NCBI RefSeq assembly: GCF_964204645.1
Contig: NC_134032.1
Location: 12,574,275-12,638,274 of the forward strand
Source: Tubulanus polymorphus
Taxonomy: Eukaryota; Animalia; Nemertea
Direction: 5' to 3'
Length of the DNA: 64,000 nt
Part shown: piece after piece, positions 13,990 through 26,519 of the stretch
Layout of the letters: each line of letters begins with the position of its first letter
How positions within the stretch are numbered: position 1 is the stretch's first letter
Notes under the pieces: model-generated
Told to the model about the DNA's origin: nothing
The model's input: the letters and a program-made list of their open reading frames with translations, nothing else
Databases searched by the model: none
Program-made: the position numbers and the translations under genes

Positions 13990-16900
13990 CAGAATCGCAC
14001 GTCTAAAATCGGTCACTACACTTTAACTTTCTGACCCCTTTCTCATTTTATTAGATATACTGGATAAATCTTTTGTCAAGTCGAAGTTTGCCAACAATAG
14101 AAAACAATTGAAGAAAAACTTATTAAATCTATTTAGTTATTTCCGACGCCGGATTCGAACGTATATTTTATTTCCCTTTTCTGTTTCAATCTAAGAGCTG
14201 GCGATCGAGTCCTACTATATACACGCCTTTCTCTTCGTATATCGTCAGCGCAAAAAACCGGTTTACTAAGTCTATTGTCCACAATTGGGAAGGGTGTGGC
14301 AAACCATTGCGCATGATTACAAATCCATTACTACTAGCGCCGCCGGCGGACAACAGTTCAACTACAGATTTGTTTGACACCGATTTTCGGGCGATTCGGT
14401 CATACTGTGGCGAGAACGACGAGTACGCCATCTATACGAAGTCTTTTCTCTTACTAATATGGCCAGAACGCCTTCGATCGCTGGATGACTTATTATTATC
14501 CTGGCAAAATAATTGTTCGATTTATTCTAGAACATTTACAACGCTCAGCGAGCCCCATTGAAGGGAAATAAGAAATAACGTTCCAAATAAAGAAGTGAAA
14601 TGCAAAACCCCCATATACGATTTCAAAGAGATTAATCACACAAATTAACAAGACTCTACTGACAATCTCTTATTTTACGGAAAAATCAAAGACAAGAGTA
14701 AAAGAAACTATTTTTATAAATTGGGACGACACGGCATATCTATGAGTAAGGAAGGTGTACAGGCCATGTCTCGGCTTACATCGCTGTTGCGAAAGTAGTT
14801 TTAAAGCAGAAATGGCATGAGACATGAAGAAATTTCTGTCTGACACCACAGCGTTTCAGCTTACCAGTATACTCCGGACATTCTGTATGCCTATATACCG
14901 GTCAATTCGGTTATATCAATTCTATAATGGGAATCTTTATAAAAATCTATTCGGAAAGCCTTTCCCGACACGGCATCTAGTCAACTCGGTGAACTTACAG
15001 CGCGAACGCTACCGAATGAGGCGGAGTAAAACTACTGTTGAATGCTCTGACGTGAGAAGTTAGACTCAATCGACGCAATCAGGTGTCTATTAAAAATAAA
15101 CTGTACCTAAGGTCATAGATATGGTACAAGGATACTACAGTTGCTACTAAAGTTTGAAAATGCCACCGAGAGGGCAGGGGTCGTTAAGCAGGGCACTGCG
15201 GGTTCAGTTCACCGATATTATAGGTCACATCAATCGGAATGAGCTCACGGCGAGTTCAGTGAAGTCAGCCGCAGCTCGCTGAAAGGTCGCCCAGAGTTTC
15301 CGAATCTTTGATTTTTTGTCAGCGCGCGCGCGTTCGTACATCACGCATGCGTATTGGGGTATCGGCGGGTCCTCCGCGGTTCAGATCTAGGGCAGACGAC
15401 GATGAATGAAGGTCAAGATTTCACCCCGATTCAGATCAATTTTGGAACGGTATCATAGACTCCTCTCAAATCAGGTGTGTCCGAGTTGGATGGTACAGTG
15501 TTGACCCAGCTCGAGTTAGATATTAATGGACTAAAAAGAGAGAAAGTAATATCTGAGTTGGAGATGTGAGCTCAACCTGAGCGAGACTCTGAGTGGATAT
15601 CTGAGTTGGAGGGTTACAGAAAATTTTTCCAATGTTTCAGTTGAGCGGCCATCCTATGAAACGAGTATTTTCTACCGCAGGTTAAGGAAAATTAATTTCC
15701 GCAGTATCAATTATTGGGATTCACAAATATTTCTAAGTATTTTTTTCATAATCTTCTATTAAAATGATTTTTTCATCTTTCGGATTATTTTTTGGTTATT
15801 GGAAAATAATGCGGACAAATTCTTGTCACAATAGGTCAACGCTTCTATAATAACACTTCACGTCAACTCAAGAGATCGGAATATTACGCGTGTTTCAAGG
15901 GCAAAAGGTGGCTGTGCTGGTTTTACTAAACTGATTAATCCCGATTTATATACGTTTTACCTACAATTGAACCCTTGCAGAAAGGTATAAAGTTCGATAT
16001 ACCCAGCGCGTGACAGTTAATGAGTTTTTTTATTTTACTTCGCGCGGATAATGGCCTGGCCGTTTAGACGTGACCTTTGACGCCGAGAACTGACCGATCG
16101 GGCAGACGAACTTGCGTTTTAGAGCCGTGTCGGTTGATGTCAGGCGGCGGTCAGTAGAGACAAGGTACTCCCGCAGTGAACATGCCTTTGAGGCAACAAC
16201 CGCTTGCTGGGTTGAACTATTATTTTTATGATCAGATTTAGTATTTTCACACTGCAAAATATAACGATACCTATACCACCCTATAATCAAAGGAATAACA
16301 TTGAAATATTGACCAATTTTACTGTGGAATTTACTGTGAAATCAGTCTGTAGATATCGGAACCAGGAATCAGTTTCATAAAGAGGTTGATTCCTATATCG
16401 ATTTAGTTTTTTTTAGTCTTGAATCGAGTTAGAGTTTAGTTAAACCTTTTACGAAGTCGGGCCAAAAATGACTCATGCATGGAATCTACAATAATCATTT
16501 CTGACTCCAATGGTCATCGAAAACAATAAGATATCAGCTTCAAATATTTTCAAAATGTCATAAGAAGGTATCACTATACATTTGAAAAAGCAAATCAAAG
16601 AATCATTTTTGAACTGGGAATATATTTCAATACGTTCGTTCAAAGATTCTTGACAATGTTGTTGTCATTCTGTTTGCCATAAATACCAAGTGCTGAGGTG
16701 AAACGGTGTTTTGGTACTTGCGCCCTCAATAAAAATCCAACAGATTTGTGTCAAGTTTTCGTCAACACTAGTCTTTCCGAACTCTAGAATGACCGATCAG
16801 AACTTTTCAGTGACCGGGCTGCACTTTCTCGCACTCGTTATTTACAAGAGCCGGTCACACCGGTGTCGTGTGGCACTTTTAAGGTATATGCGACATCTTA

Positions 16901-18666
16901 AAGTACCGCGGTCATCATGGCGGTCGCTTTATGACGGCATAACTTCAAAGTTCAACGATCGAAAAACGAGGTGAATATTATGTAGTCCACCGATGGCTCA
17001 CGGCTGCTTTTTCTCTAAAAGGTTTCCGATGATTCGTTTTTTTAACGAACGGTTACGCAGTTCACCGAGCGGTCATCGCGGACGTTCGTCTGCCGCTTTG
17101 TTAAGGTCACGTGACCCGGACTGGTCTACACTATACTCCGCTCGGAAAACGATACTGACGTGAACTTTGCCGCCGGAAACTCGGTCAAAATCTGGAGGAG
17201 GCGGCGACACGGTTTTTTACGTATAAAAATGGCGAGTTCACGGATCGGTCGAAACAGAATCTTTTTATTTCCTTTGTTTTCAAACATCGCTCGCTCTCCA
17301 GTCGTCTACCAGTCGTTCCTTCTCATTTTCTATTGTTTCATCTCTGCTTTCCCTCTCGTCGCAGCCTCATTTTCTCTCTCGGTTTCCTGTATCTCATCTA
17401 CATCACTTTTCCTCTTCCTTTCCTCTTTCTCTATACCTCGTCTTCTTATAGACTATCCCCAGTCTCTCCACTTTCTATCTCCCTTCCCCTCTTTCTCAAC
17501 ACTTTCTGTATCATCAGTCAGCCTTGACACCCAATGACCAGTTGTTGGCAAATATAGAGGTTATGCACGGTCACAACGCGTCATATTGGACGTTACACCA
17601 TGCAAGCGGCGAACTGATTTTCAAATCACAATGACTGTTTTGCATAAGCTCTGTATATGATGACCAGGACACGACCCCGATTTCGCCGCCTGCTGCACAG
17701 TCTTCAAGATGAAATCCGTTTCAAGGTCACGACGTGAAGTTTGTCATCAAAACATTCACGGTTTCTGGTGTTGGTGGCGTTGGCGTCTACTGCAGCCAAA
17801 TTTAGACACAGTGGCCTAGAAATTTAAAGTCTTTGTTTCGCTTGGTTTTTAGTTTCCATTTTGTCAGGCCAATGGACAGGCGTCAAGTTACGGACAATCA
17901 TCCTTTTTCTAAGACAAGGCAAATGCGTCGCCTCACGTTTTTGAGGCATATAGCGAAATAAATTCAAGGATTTAGTTCGTCTATTTCAATGTCGTAAAGA
18001 TGTGGATTATGCGTTTCTAATTGATAAATAATGAACGAAATGGATTCAAATTTCAGGACGTTTGATAAATCAACCAACTCCGTAAATAGAATATCAACGC
18101 GACTGTATATAGTTTAAAAAGGGGCGAAGCTTTTTAAGGATAATTTTGTGCTGTTTTTACGTATATATAATGGATTCTAATGGATGAGATATGTTGAAAC
18201 ACCTCGATGTTACCTGAACCACACGGATGAAACGTTACATTGAATGGAAAGTATAGTTGGTATTTATTCAATAACGGATTTATCCAACGGAATCATTCAT
18301 GCTTAGAATGTATGGTTGTTCTATTTTCGGTTAGCAGTTTAGTATAGCTGATACGTCCTGGTGATTTATAGTGTATAGATTTTTCAAAAATTACCCTACC
18401 TCGACGCAGGTAAATCTATAACCCGGTAGAGTTTTACCAGTCGGAAAAGAACTGATTTAGACGACACAAACCAAAAATTCATACAGACTAGATTTTATGA
18501 ATTTTTGGTCCAATTCATATAGATGTAAAAGATCGCATTGTAGTTCAGAACTATTTTTCTATTTCCGGGTATGACTTTTTCTGCCGTTCAAGGCACATAC
18601 CCACATACAATAATCCAGCGCCCCCTTCCTTCCGCGAGGCCTCTACACCGTGGGACTGGATCTTAG

Positions 18667-18841
18667 TACATGGTAACCTCGTCACAACGAACTTCAGGGA
18701 CCAAGAAATATGTTCGCCATAACCGATATTTTGTTATATCCAGTGTGTAATTTTTATAGTATTTTCATATTTGGGACCGAAATTCTAGGTTTGTTAATAA
18801 CTTGTAAATCGTTATACATGTAGTAGTAAGGTTCCACTGTA
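18667..18841. mobile_element. Degenerate pogo/Tigger-type MITE, same family as 28560-28730
   Basis: TACATGGTAACCTCGTCACAACGAA...GGGACC...AAGGTTCCACTGTA. An extra right-end fragment lies at ~18998-19021. Confidence 0.5.
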
Positions 18842-20412
18842 ATGTGTTGCGATGACTTTTTTGGGAGCTGATTCCTTAAGTACAAACCTTGGAGAATTTA
18901 TGAACTGAAATATTTTCGGGGTCAAGAAAACACGTTTTTCTAGAAATATGAAAATGTTTGTGATCTTTAATATGGAATGCTTATATTTTTGCACATATTT
19001 CGTTGTAACGAAGTTCCACTGAACTACGTAATATTGCGTTGAGAAAATATTTTTCGAGGCCAAAAACAAAACATATTTCTAGCTATGAAAATAACTTTGC
19101 GATTTGAAGTAATTGAATGCTTATATTTTTGAAAATATATATTCCGTATTTCATAGCGACCAGAGGCCCTTTTTAAAGATCAATTTTGATTAACCTTTCG
19201 ACCCGTTTTTACGAAATCAACTTTCTGAACCACAGAACTTTTACTCGAGGTTCTTGGGTTAAATTGATTTGAATACAGAGTTTAAATTTTTTCAGTTTAC
19301 GAGAATTATGAAAATGGATTCTGTCTGAAAAATGCCAAGGTTTTAGTCCCACCTCTTCTATATAAAAAAATTCAAAACTCAAAGTGCAACTGCCTACATT
19401 TTGATTATATTTTCTTTGAATCTAACGAAACTACAAATGTTCTTTCTTCGTCAAAGGATCAGGTGAACTTACGTTCCCCATTTCAAATCCATACAAAAAA
19501 GTTTGATAGAAGAAACCATACTTTTGATGGAAAAGATTTTGTTCCTGGGATTTTCGTGGTAATCAGATTCAATTGACTTTTCCTGACCAGCAGGGCCTGC
19601 TACTTTTTTCGAGCATAACTTTTTTTAACCGCTGAAGTTCATCGTTCATCTTACATATACTTGATAGTTTTAAAGTAATCATGGAAATTTCAAAAAGCTC
19701 CTATCCGAGATTCCTTTGTGTAGCGGAAAACATAGCAAACAACTACGTAACATATCGAATAACATCGATATCTCGTAAACTGTTTGTCGGACAAACGGTT
19801 AAGTGAACATTCTGAACATTTGAACAGCGGAACATTCTGAATGCGTAAAAATAGGCCATAGTCTTTTGTGCGTTAGTGAACGCGCGGGTCATGGCAAACG
19901 ATCAATACCCCACTGCTCTAGTAAAAGTTCTGCTTAATTTATGCTAAAACTATTAAAATTTATGCTACGTCCTCCCTAAAATACGCGCTTTCATAATCCC
20001 CTTGCAGTTTGCCGTTTAGATATATTATGCAAATGAGCCTCGACTATATGGAAAGTAAGTTAAAAGTTCGCAGATGTAGGGCAAATTCGCGATCAACAAC
20101 GAAAGTTATTTGAAAGGGAAGAAAATGTAATTCGGGGGTGTCGTTCGAGTTCTGATTTGTTGCTAAACTTCGGATACAAATAACACCGAATTAGGACATT
20201 GAATTGATGTGAAAATGTTTCGGTTGGAATTTGGTTCAGAAGAGTTGAATTTATATATCGATGATAAATTTTGCATACGCGACAATATTGTGATAATTCA
20301 GTCTGCCCGACTGATTAATGATTTGTTTGATGTACATAGCTTTTATCAAATATCTGCTCTATCAACTTGTCGATAAATTTTTCCTAGTTCGGAATTCTAA
20401 GTTTCTAATCAA

Positions 20413-20640
20413 ACTGTGGAACTGCCGCCCTTATAGTCAAATTAACCCACAACTGTGGAACTGGGTCTTGAGTCGAATAAACCCCACACATCTAGAGCTA
20501 AATCATACCCACTCAACTGTGGAACTGGGTACTGAGTCAAATAAAATCCAGTCAACTGTGGAACTGAGCCCCGAGTGAAATAAAGCCCATACAAGTATGG
20601 CACAGGGTCCAGAATCAAGTGAAATCATGGAATCAGTCCT
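20413..20640 (-). repeat. Reverse-oriented array of the same motif
   Basis: AACTGTGGAACTG recurs at ~20412, 20451, 20515, 20554. Confidence 0.7.
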
Positions 20641-21790
20641 TGATCAAACCCACAACTATTCGTAGAACATAAATTTTTCTTACTGTTTATTCCCTTCTGA
20701 AAAATCAGAGGTTTCTGCCGCATACCTGAACAAGGTATGCACATATTATATACACAAACACGAAAATATGGTGAATATTTCATCGTTCTTGTAATTATTC
20801 TAACCTGGATAAGAAGCATTTGACCCAATATTGCAAAGAATCAAAACTACCCTACATTTCTGACAAGGTTTTTGCGCGTTACTTTTGTTACTATCATTGG
20901 GATATGTTTTTAGGCCAGGGGTTCACCGCACGGTCAAACAGTTGGCTTACATTATGTAGAATCTGTATTTTCTATTTCTAGAAATACTCACAGAGATGTG
21001 TTTTATGTGAATATATTGTGCGCGTACGCACGTATCAGGTTTTGTACGTAGATATTTCTGGTTCATTCACGAGCTCGAAAAATTGATTTACTTTTCCTCC
21101 GTGAATGAAAATTATTGGTAGGTATATTACTTGCCGCGGGCTGGTTTCGGAAATAAATGAAATACCACCAGATTGTGAACGTGATAACTGCTCGAGGGAT
21201 CAGTCTTAATTTCTCTAGTATTTTATAACATGCATGTTTTACATATATACATATAAAAAAACTTTGCCTTACCAGTGCCGAGGCCATAAATTTCACAAAG
21301 TTGAGAATCAGGGAATTCGGTAGAGCGCTGGGACCATAAATACATCTCAAGAGTTGAGGTTTTGCATACGCCAACGTCACTTGCACTTCGAACATAAACA
21401 CTTCAAAAATTAAGCAACTTATCTTCAAGGGGCTTCGCTGATCTACAAGTATAGGGCTTCTGTTAAAACCTGGAATCAACAACATAAAAGGGGTGAATTA
21501 GAATAACTCACTGTTGAAGGCGAAAAGCAAAGGTCGAGCCAGAAAATGTTTGAGGTATTCTACAACTTTATAGTCGGCATCGTTTCCACCACACATATTC
21601 CAATGAGTTGCCGAAACAGAGTTGAGAATTTGGAGAAAACAACAGTAGCGTTGGAGAACGTAAATAATATTTCACCGTATAGAAATTCGAAGTAGAATCT
21701 CTGCGCGATTGTGGAGAATATGAAAAAAATAGATATCTATTTTGATGTGGAAAACTTAAGGAATGGTTAGTTCAAATATCCGGATGTCCG

Positions 21791-21917
21791 GGGGCCAGTT
21801 GCTCAAAAGTTGGTTAGAGTTAACCAGTGGATAGTTGACATAGTGACAATTAAAAGTTCATTGTTACTATGGTATTTATCTGCTGGTTATCTTTAACCAA
21901 CTTTTGAGCTGGTGCCC
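21791..21917. mobile_element. Second copy of the 20-144 MITE, inverted orientation
   Basis: Same TIR; the internal sequence is the reverse complement of the 20-144 copy (AATTAAAAGTTCAT...TTACTATGGTATTTATC). Confidence 0.7.
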
Positions 21918-22051
21918 TCGATGCTAAAATCGCGGCAAAATCGGGCGAGATTAAGAATCTGATACTTTTTCGCCACTTTATTCTGCATCGAATATTGATA
22001 TTGCATATATTTAAAAATCACGAATACTTTGGTGAAATCACAAATATACGT

Positions 22052-22331
22052 ACAGCGCACGATTGCATTTTCTCTTCAATTCATCGAAAATTTAACTTTT
22101 AAAAGGCATAATGGAAAATAACCGATGAAATATCTAAGTTAAATTCTCGATGAATTGAAGAGAAAATGCAATCGTGTACTGTGAAGGTGCAGATGTTGAA
22201 TTTATTTCTGATCTGGAAAAATTGGATTTGAAAATAAATAGGCATAATGGAAAATAACCGATGAAATATCTATTTATTTTCAAATCCAATTTTTCCAGAT
22301 CAGAAATAAATTCAACATCTGCACCTTCACA
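22052..22331. repeat. Two adjacent long inverted repeats sharing an identical loop
   Basis: Arms 22058-22098/22136-22176 and 22180-22241/22270-22331 (62 bp, perfect). AGGCATAATGGAAAATAACCGATGAAATATCTA occurs at 22104-22136 and 22240-22272. Confidence 0.9.
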
Positions 22332-23675
22332 CCAATGTAAATTCCACAGCATGACTGCGATGAGATTTGGAATCTTGAGTTAGTAATACATGTTATGGCA
22401 CACGTAAGCTTAGAAAGATTTTTTTCCAGATATTCAACTTTGCGTAAAAGCTTTAACGGCACGTTTTACTATGAATTTTGATGAATTTGGCAAAGTGAAT
22501 TGGCTCAACTCGGAACTAGCGTCCAGGGCTTTGAGTGAAAGTGGCCTATCGTTAGTCAGATTTAATTCTACATTACTAGAACCATTAATTTCCAAATACT
22601 TCGAACGTAGACCAAAATTAAACCCGCATCGTGGAATCGGGTCAACAGAGAGTCCAAACACCGGAACTACGTCCAGGGTTGTGAGTCAGCGTATGATCCC
22701 TAGTCAAATTTACCTCTACGTTTAGAATCTGTTCATTTTAGAATATCTCAACTCGAATACAAATCGTAACCCAGTTCTGCAGAAATTGGGTCAGGATAGA
22801 TTGAACTTTGGCTAAAATTATCACGTTTTCAAACATCTAACCCTCAGATTAAAATCCGCGTTTATGGAACTAGTTTCCGGATATTTCGCCGTTCGTTAAG
22901 ATCGTTTATTTCCGTTTTTCCTCGAAAATTTCCGACACGTAGAAACGACGCAATAATCGACGCCGTTATTTCCTTCGCGGAAAGACCCACGGTTTGCTCG
23001 GAGAGGCATAAAAGACTTCGACGCACCGGTACTGCGCAGTACACGAGAACGAAATAATTAATTGTCCCATTGGAGGCAACAATGTATTTTAGTTTCGTGG
23101 AAAGCACTCGGTAGCGACTCAGATAAATCAAAAAGATTTACAGTTATGCGTTGATAAACTGGAATAGCAGTGCAAACGGCCGCGTTTTACAAAGAACTGC
23201 GGCCCTCGCGATCGCTTTGTTATAGGTGCTCACACGAGGTCGTTAAGTCCTTGATAATTAGTCATATATCGACTACTAAAGGTCTAAAACGTATAAAACC
23301 GCGACCCAGATTCATAAATCAATAAACATCGTTTTGCTGAATTTTCCGTCGCCGCGTCGAGAATAAGATCGTCACGCAACGTGACTTATCATTCATTTTG
23401 CTAAATCATTATTGCACTCTTTCTGAAAGTCGTTCGGAATGAGATTAAGCAGTTCGTTTTGAGTAACTGGATCAGAATTTTGATGAATCATCGGCGCCAT
23501 TGAAATCGAGAGAGTCGTCGTTAGTAACTTATCATTACAATTTTGCTGAATCGTCATTGTTAACGAGGTCGTATCTAATCATAATTTGCATCGCATCATG
23601 AAATTGGACGATGAAAAGGTCGTCATTAGTAACTACTCAATATTTTGCTGAAGGTTCATCGAGATTGAGATATAT

Positions 23676-23899
23676 ATGTAGAGAGAATCCCACAATAATA
23701 ACGAAAAAACAGTCCGAAAATGTAACTTTGAACTCGTTTAGTTTATTCAACGTTTCGACTATATCCTAATAGTCATCTTCAGGAATAGAAGATGACTATG
23801 ATAGTCGAAGATGACTATGATAGTCGAAACGTTGAATAAACTACACTAGCTAGCTCAAAGTAACATTTTTAACTTACTATTGTCGGATTCTCTCTACAT
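23676..23899. mobile_element. Fold-back element carrying hammerhead motifs (Penelope-like pseudo-LTR remnant)
   Basis: Imperfect inverted arms ATGTAGAGAGAATCC...GGATTCTCTCTACAT enclosing one full and one truncated hammerhead in opposite orientation. Confidence 0.6.
23744..23787 (-). ncRNA. Minimal type I hammerhead ribozyme motif (Penelope-like element type)
   Basis: The minus strand reads TATTC-CTGAAGA-T-GACTAT-taggat-ATAGTC-GAAACGTT-GAATA: perfect stem I (TATTC/GAATA), CUGAnGA core, 6-bp stem II, GAAA and palindromic ACGT in place of stem III. Confidence 0.7.
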
Positions 23900-24109
23900 C
23901 GCTTCAACGCACGGATTATAGTGTTTAATCAATCGTGATGAGATATATATAATCATTAGCTTATCGAAGTTATCGAGTAATTCTAATAATAAAATTTGTC
24001 TTTGATTTTGGAAAATTGGAACAACTTATGATCTAAAAATTAAGTTTACTCACTTCATTGTTTCCTCTTACAACATTTCCCCTAGAATCTTAAATCCAAT
24101 GCAACAACA

Positions 24110-24370
24110 AGGGCAGATCCAGGATAAGACAATGGGCGGGGGATTCCAAGGTTAAGATTAATCAGCAGTTTAGTGAATGCAAAGCACCACATTCCTTTTC
24201 TAAAATAAACCTCCAAATGCATTTTCCTCTATCTAACCAGTGAAATTGAACATTCTTTAGTGACGTAGGAGTTACTACTAATTTTTTCAGAATCATTTGG
24301 AATAGCAGTGTTATTTAGGAAAATAAATTTTCATCCAGGGGACCCTGAAATCCCCACGGATGCGCCCCTG
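24110..24370. mobile_element. Degenerate MITE of the (C)AGGGGCGGATCCAG...GGATCCGCCCCTG type
   Basis: Left AGGGCAGATCCAGG, right GGATGCGCCCCTG; no clear TSD. Confidence 0.35.
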
Positions 24371-25105
24371 ATCGGCGTATAGGCTGAAGGTGCCTGGTGA
24401 CCGATAGTTTTCAAAATATGCTATACCATAGTAGTACAACGAGTTGGAATGTCGATTTTGAACTGGGTGTAACATAGCCGGTCGGTGAGCTGTGAAATGT
24501 CACCCCTCGAATGATTTTCTGTGAGACGTTAGCAATAACACATAGTAAATGAATAGCAGCAAATAAAATCAAACATAAAATCATTTTACGAAAGCGAATT
24601 TTCAGAGAAAAAGAAACAAGCTATATTTTTTCAGTCTAATATCGTATAGTAGATTGCAGGTTCAAAAACCAGAGAGGGATCGGTCTAAGATAGGAGTTGG
24701 CGATCTCGTATACCATGTTCGGACAATATTTGAAATGTAACCACTATCGAGGATGGAGGTGTTTACGGCACAGGGCGGCCTCAATGATATAATTGAATAT
24801 GAATATAGGACCACCGGGGAATAAGATTTGACCCAGTAATTTAAACTGGGTCACGTACGTAGTGTATTTTTTAGCGTGGATTTTTTTCCACAACGCGCGG
24901 GGCGGTGTCAGATGAAATACGAGGTCATCTTTTGTCAGATCCAAAGCAATTTTATAAGGCACCAATGTATTGATACATGTGATGTGCTTTTCAAGTCACC
25001 ATTCTCATATTCGTGTAAGCTTGGAGTAATACTGCAAGGTGACAATTGGTAATTCGCATGTAAGCGGTTAGGACCAAAAAATTTGACTATATGAAGCTAT
25101 TTAAA

Positions 25106-25106
25106 C

Positions 25107-25136
<30 letters not shown>
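25106..25136. repeat. (TA)n microsatellite
   Basis: Direct reading. Confidence 0.85.
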
Positions 25137-25137
<1 letters not shown>

Positions 25138-26356
25138 GAACATTGCATCTTTTTATTGTGTACATTTTTCTAATAAAATGAGTAAAAGTACTGAACGATG
25201 GTCTTACTGTTAATGACGTAAGCCGGGCGTGTGAAGGTCACAGTTAAGCGAAGTCTGCTACATGTAATTAGTTTGTCGCTAATGGCTGTACTTTTATTCT
25301 TCATCTATTTTTTTTCGAAATCATTTTCGGAGCTGCATTTTTTTTCGCGGAGTGCTGTTCTAGCAGTAGACAAAATGGATTTTTTGATGCGATAACAGAA
25401 TCCGGGGACTTGCGTAGAGAGCAAACGGAACCCCATCACGATCGAGTAACTTCCGTGCAGACTCCGATTTTAGCTAAAAGAATTAATCAAAATACTTTTA
25501 CATAAGACCGGGGGTCAGGGCGGATTTAGGGAGCCGCATGGGCAACCTATTTTTGGTCAAGATAGCATGGTGATAATGTCTTAGAATCACTCAAATAGAT
25601 TTTTCAAATTGACTCAGGGAGGGTTCGGCTCCCAAAACTATCTAAAAGGCGGTCGCTATCGATGCAACGGTCCTAATGTATTTACAACTATATAGGTCTT
25701 GAAAGTTCTGGGTCCTGTATTCGAAATCAATGGTGATGATAACGTTCGTGCATTGTAGCTAATCTTTCTTGGATAAAAACCAAAAACTCAGCCCCTTGAA
25801 TTAAAACTGACATGTACACAATCGTTAAGGATCTGTTTTGAAATTCCCTGAAGTAAATCGATTTGAGAAAAATCATTACTTTTTAATGTTACACCGAATC
25901 AATGACCAGCCGTTTGAGGTTTTTCCAAAACGGTCCATTTTTAAAATTTGAGGCTGACAATACACAGTCATTTTCACGATTTGCGGCGGAAATAACGATC
26001 TCAACAAATTGATGTCGGAACCATGAAATAAAATAAAGCAAAGATTGATCCGATTCTTTAGGGTTCATCAGACGTAAACTAACCCGAAAAAACCGCAGAG
26101 TTGAAACTCCGGTCTGGCCGTCTCCTCCGGCTTCAGACCTTTGGAGGCTTTTAGATTGAAGTGACCCCGATAAAAATTGCACAGACATAAAAGACCGCAA
26201 TCGTAATATGAGCGAGCGCATCGTGACGAAAAATGACTTCCAGGGTTAAAGTGATACGCCGGGATGCTTGCAGCATCCCGTGCAAACCACTGCTGCAGCC
26301 CGCTCCGGTGCAGAGAGAAACAGCTGATCGGGGAGAGGTGAACTTTAACGACTTAC

Positions 26357-26423
26357 CTGGGAATAATCTAACAGCGGATTTTGCGCGGGACATTTCCACA
26401 TCGCCAACAACGATATCGGACAT
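26357..26423 (-). CDS. Candidate first coding exon of an unidentified gene with a very long first intron (MSDIVVGDVEMSRAKSAVRLFP...)
   Basis: AGT-ATG start, 22 codons, then a perfect CAG|GTAAGT donor (phase 1). A CpG-rich promoter-like region lies just upstream. No recognisable homology, and downstream exons are not securely found in the window. Confidence 0.45.
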
Positions 26424-26519
26424 ACTTTCCACGCGATCTTCTACATCCAACCGGCTCCGGAATAAAGGATAACTCCGTAAAAATCGGACCGAATGCATCG
26501 ATTTAAACGCAACTCTCAA

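Noticed and set aside
17160-17537. 125-aa Ser/Leu/Phe-rich ORF
   Set aside because: Arises from a CT-rich low-complexity tract that lacks stop codons.
19140-19910. Possible non-autonomous DNA transposon interior
   Set aside because: Composition is suggestive but no TIRs, TSD or second copy could be identified in the window.
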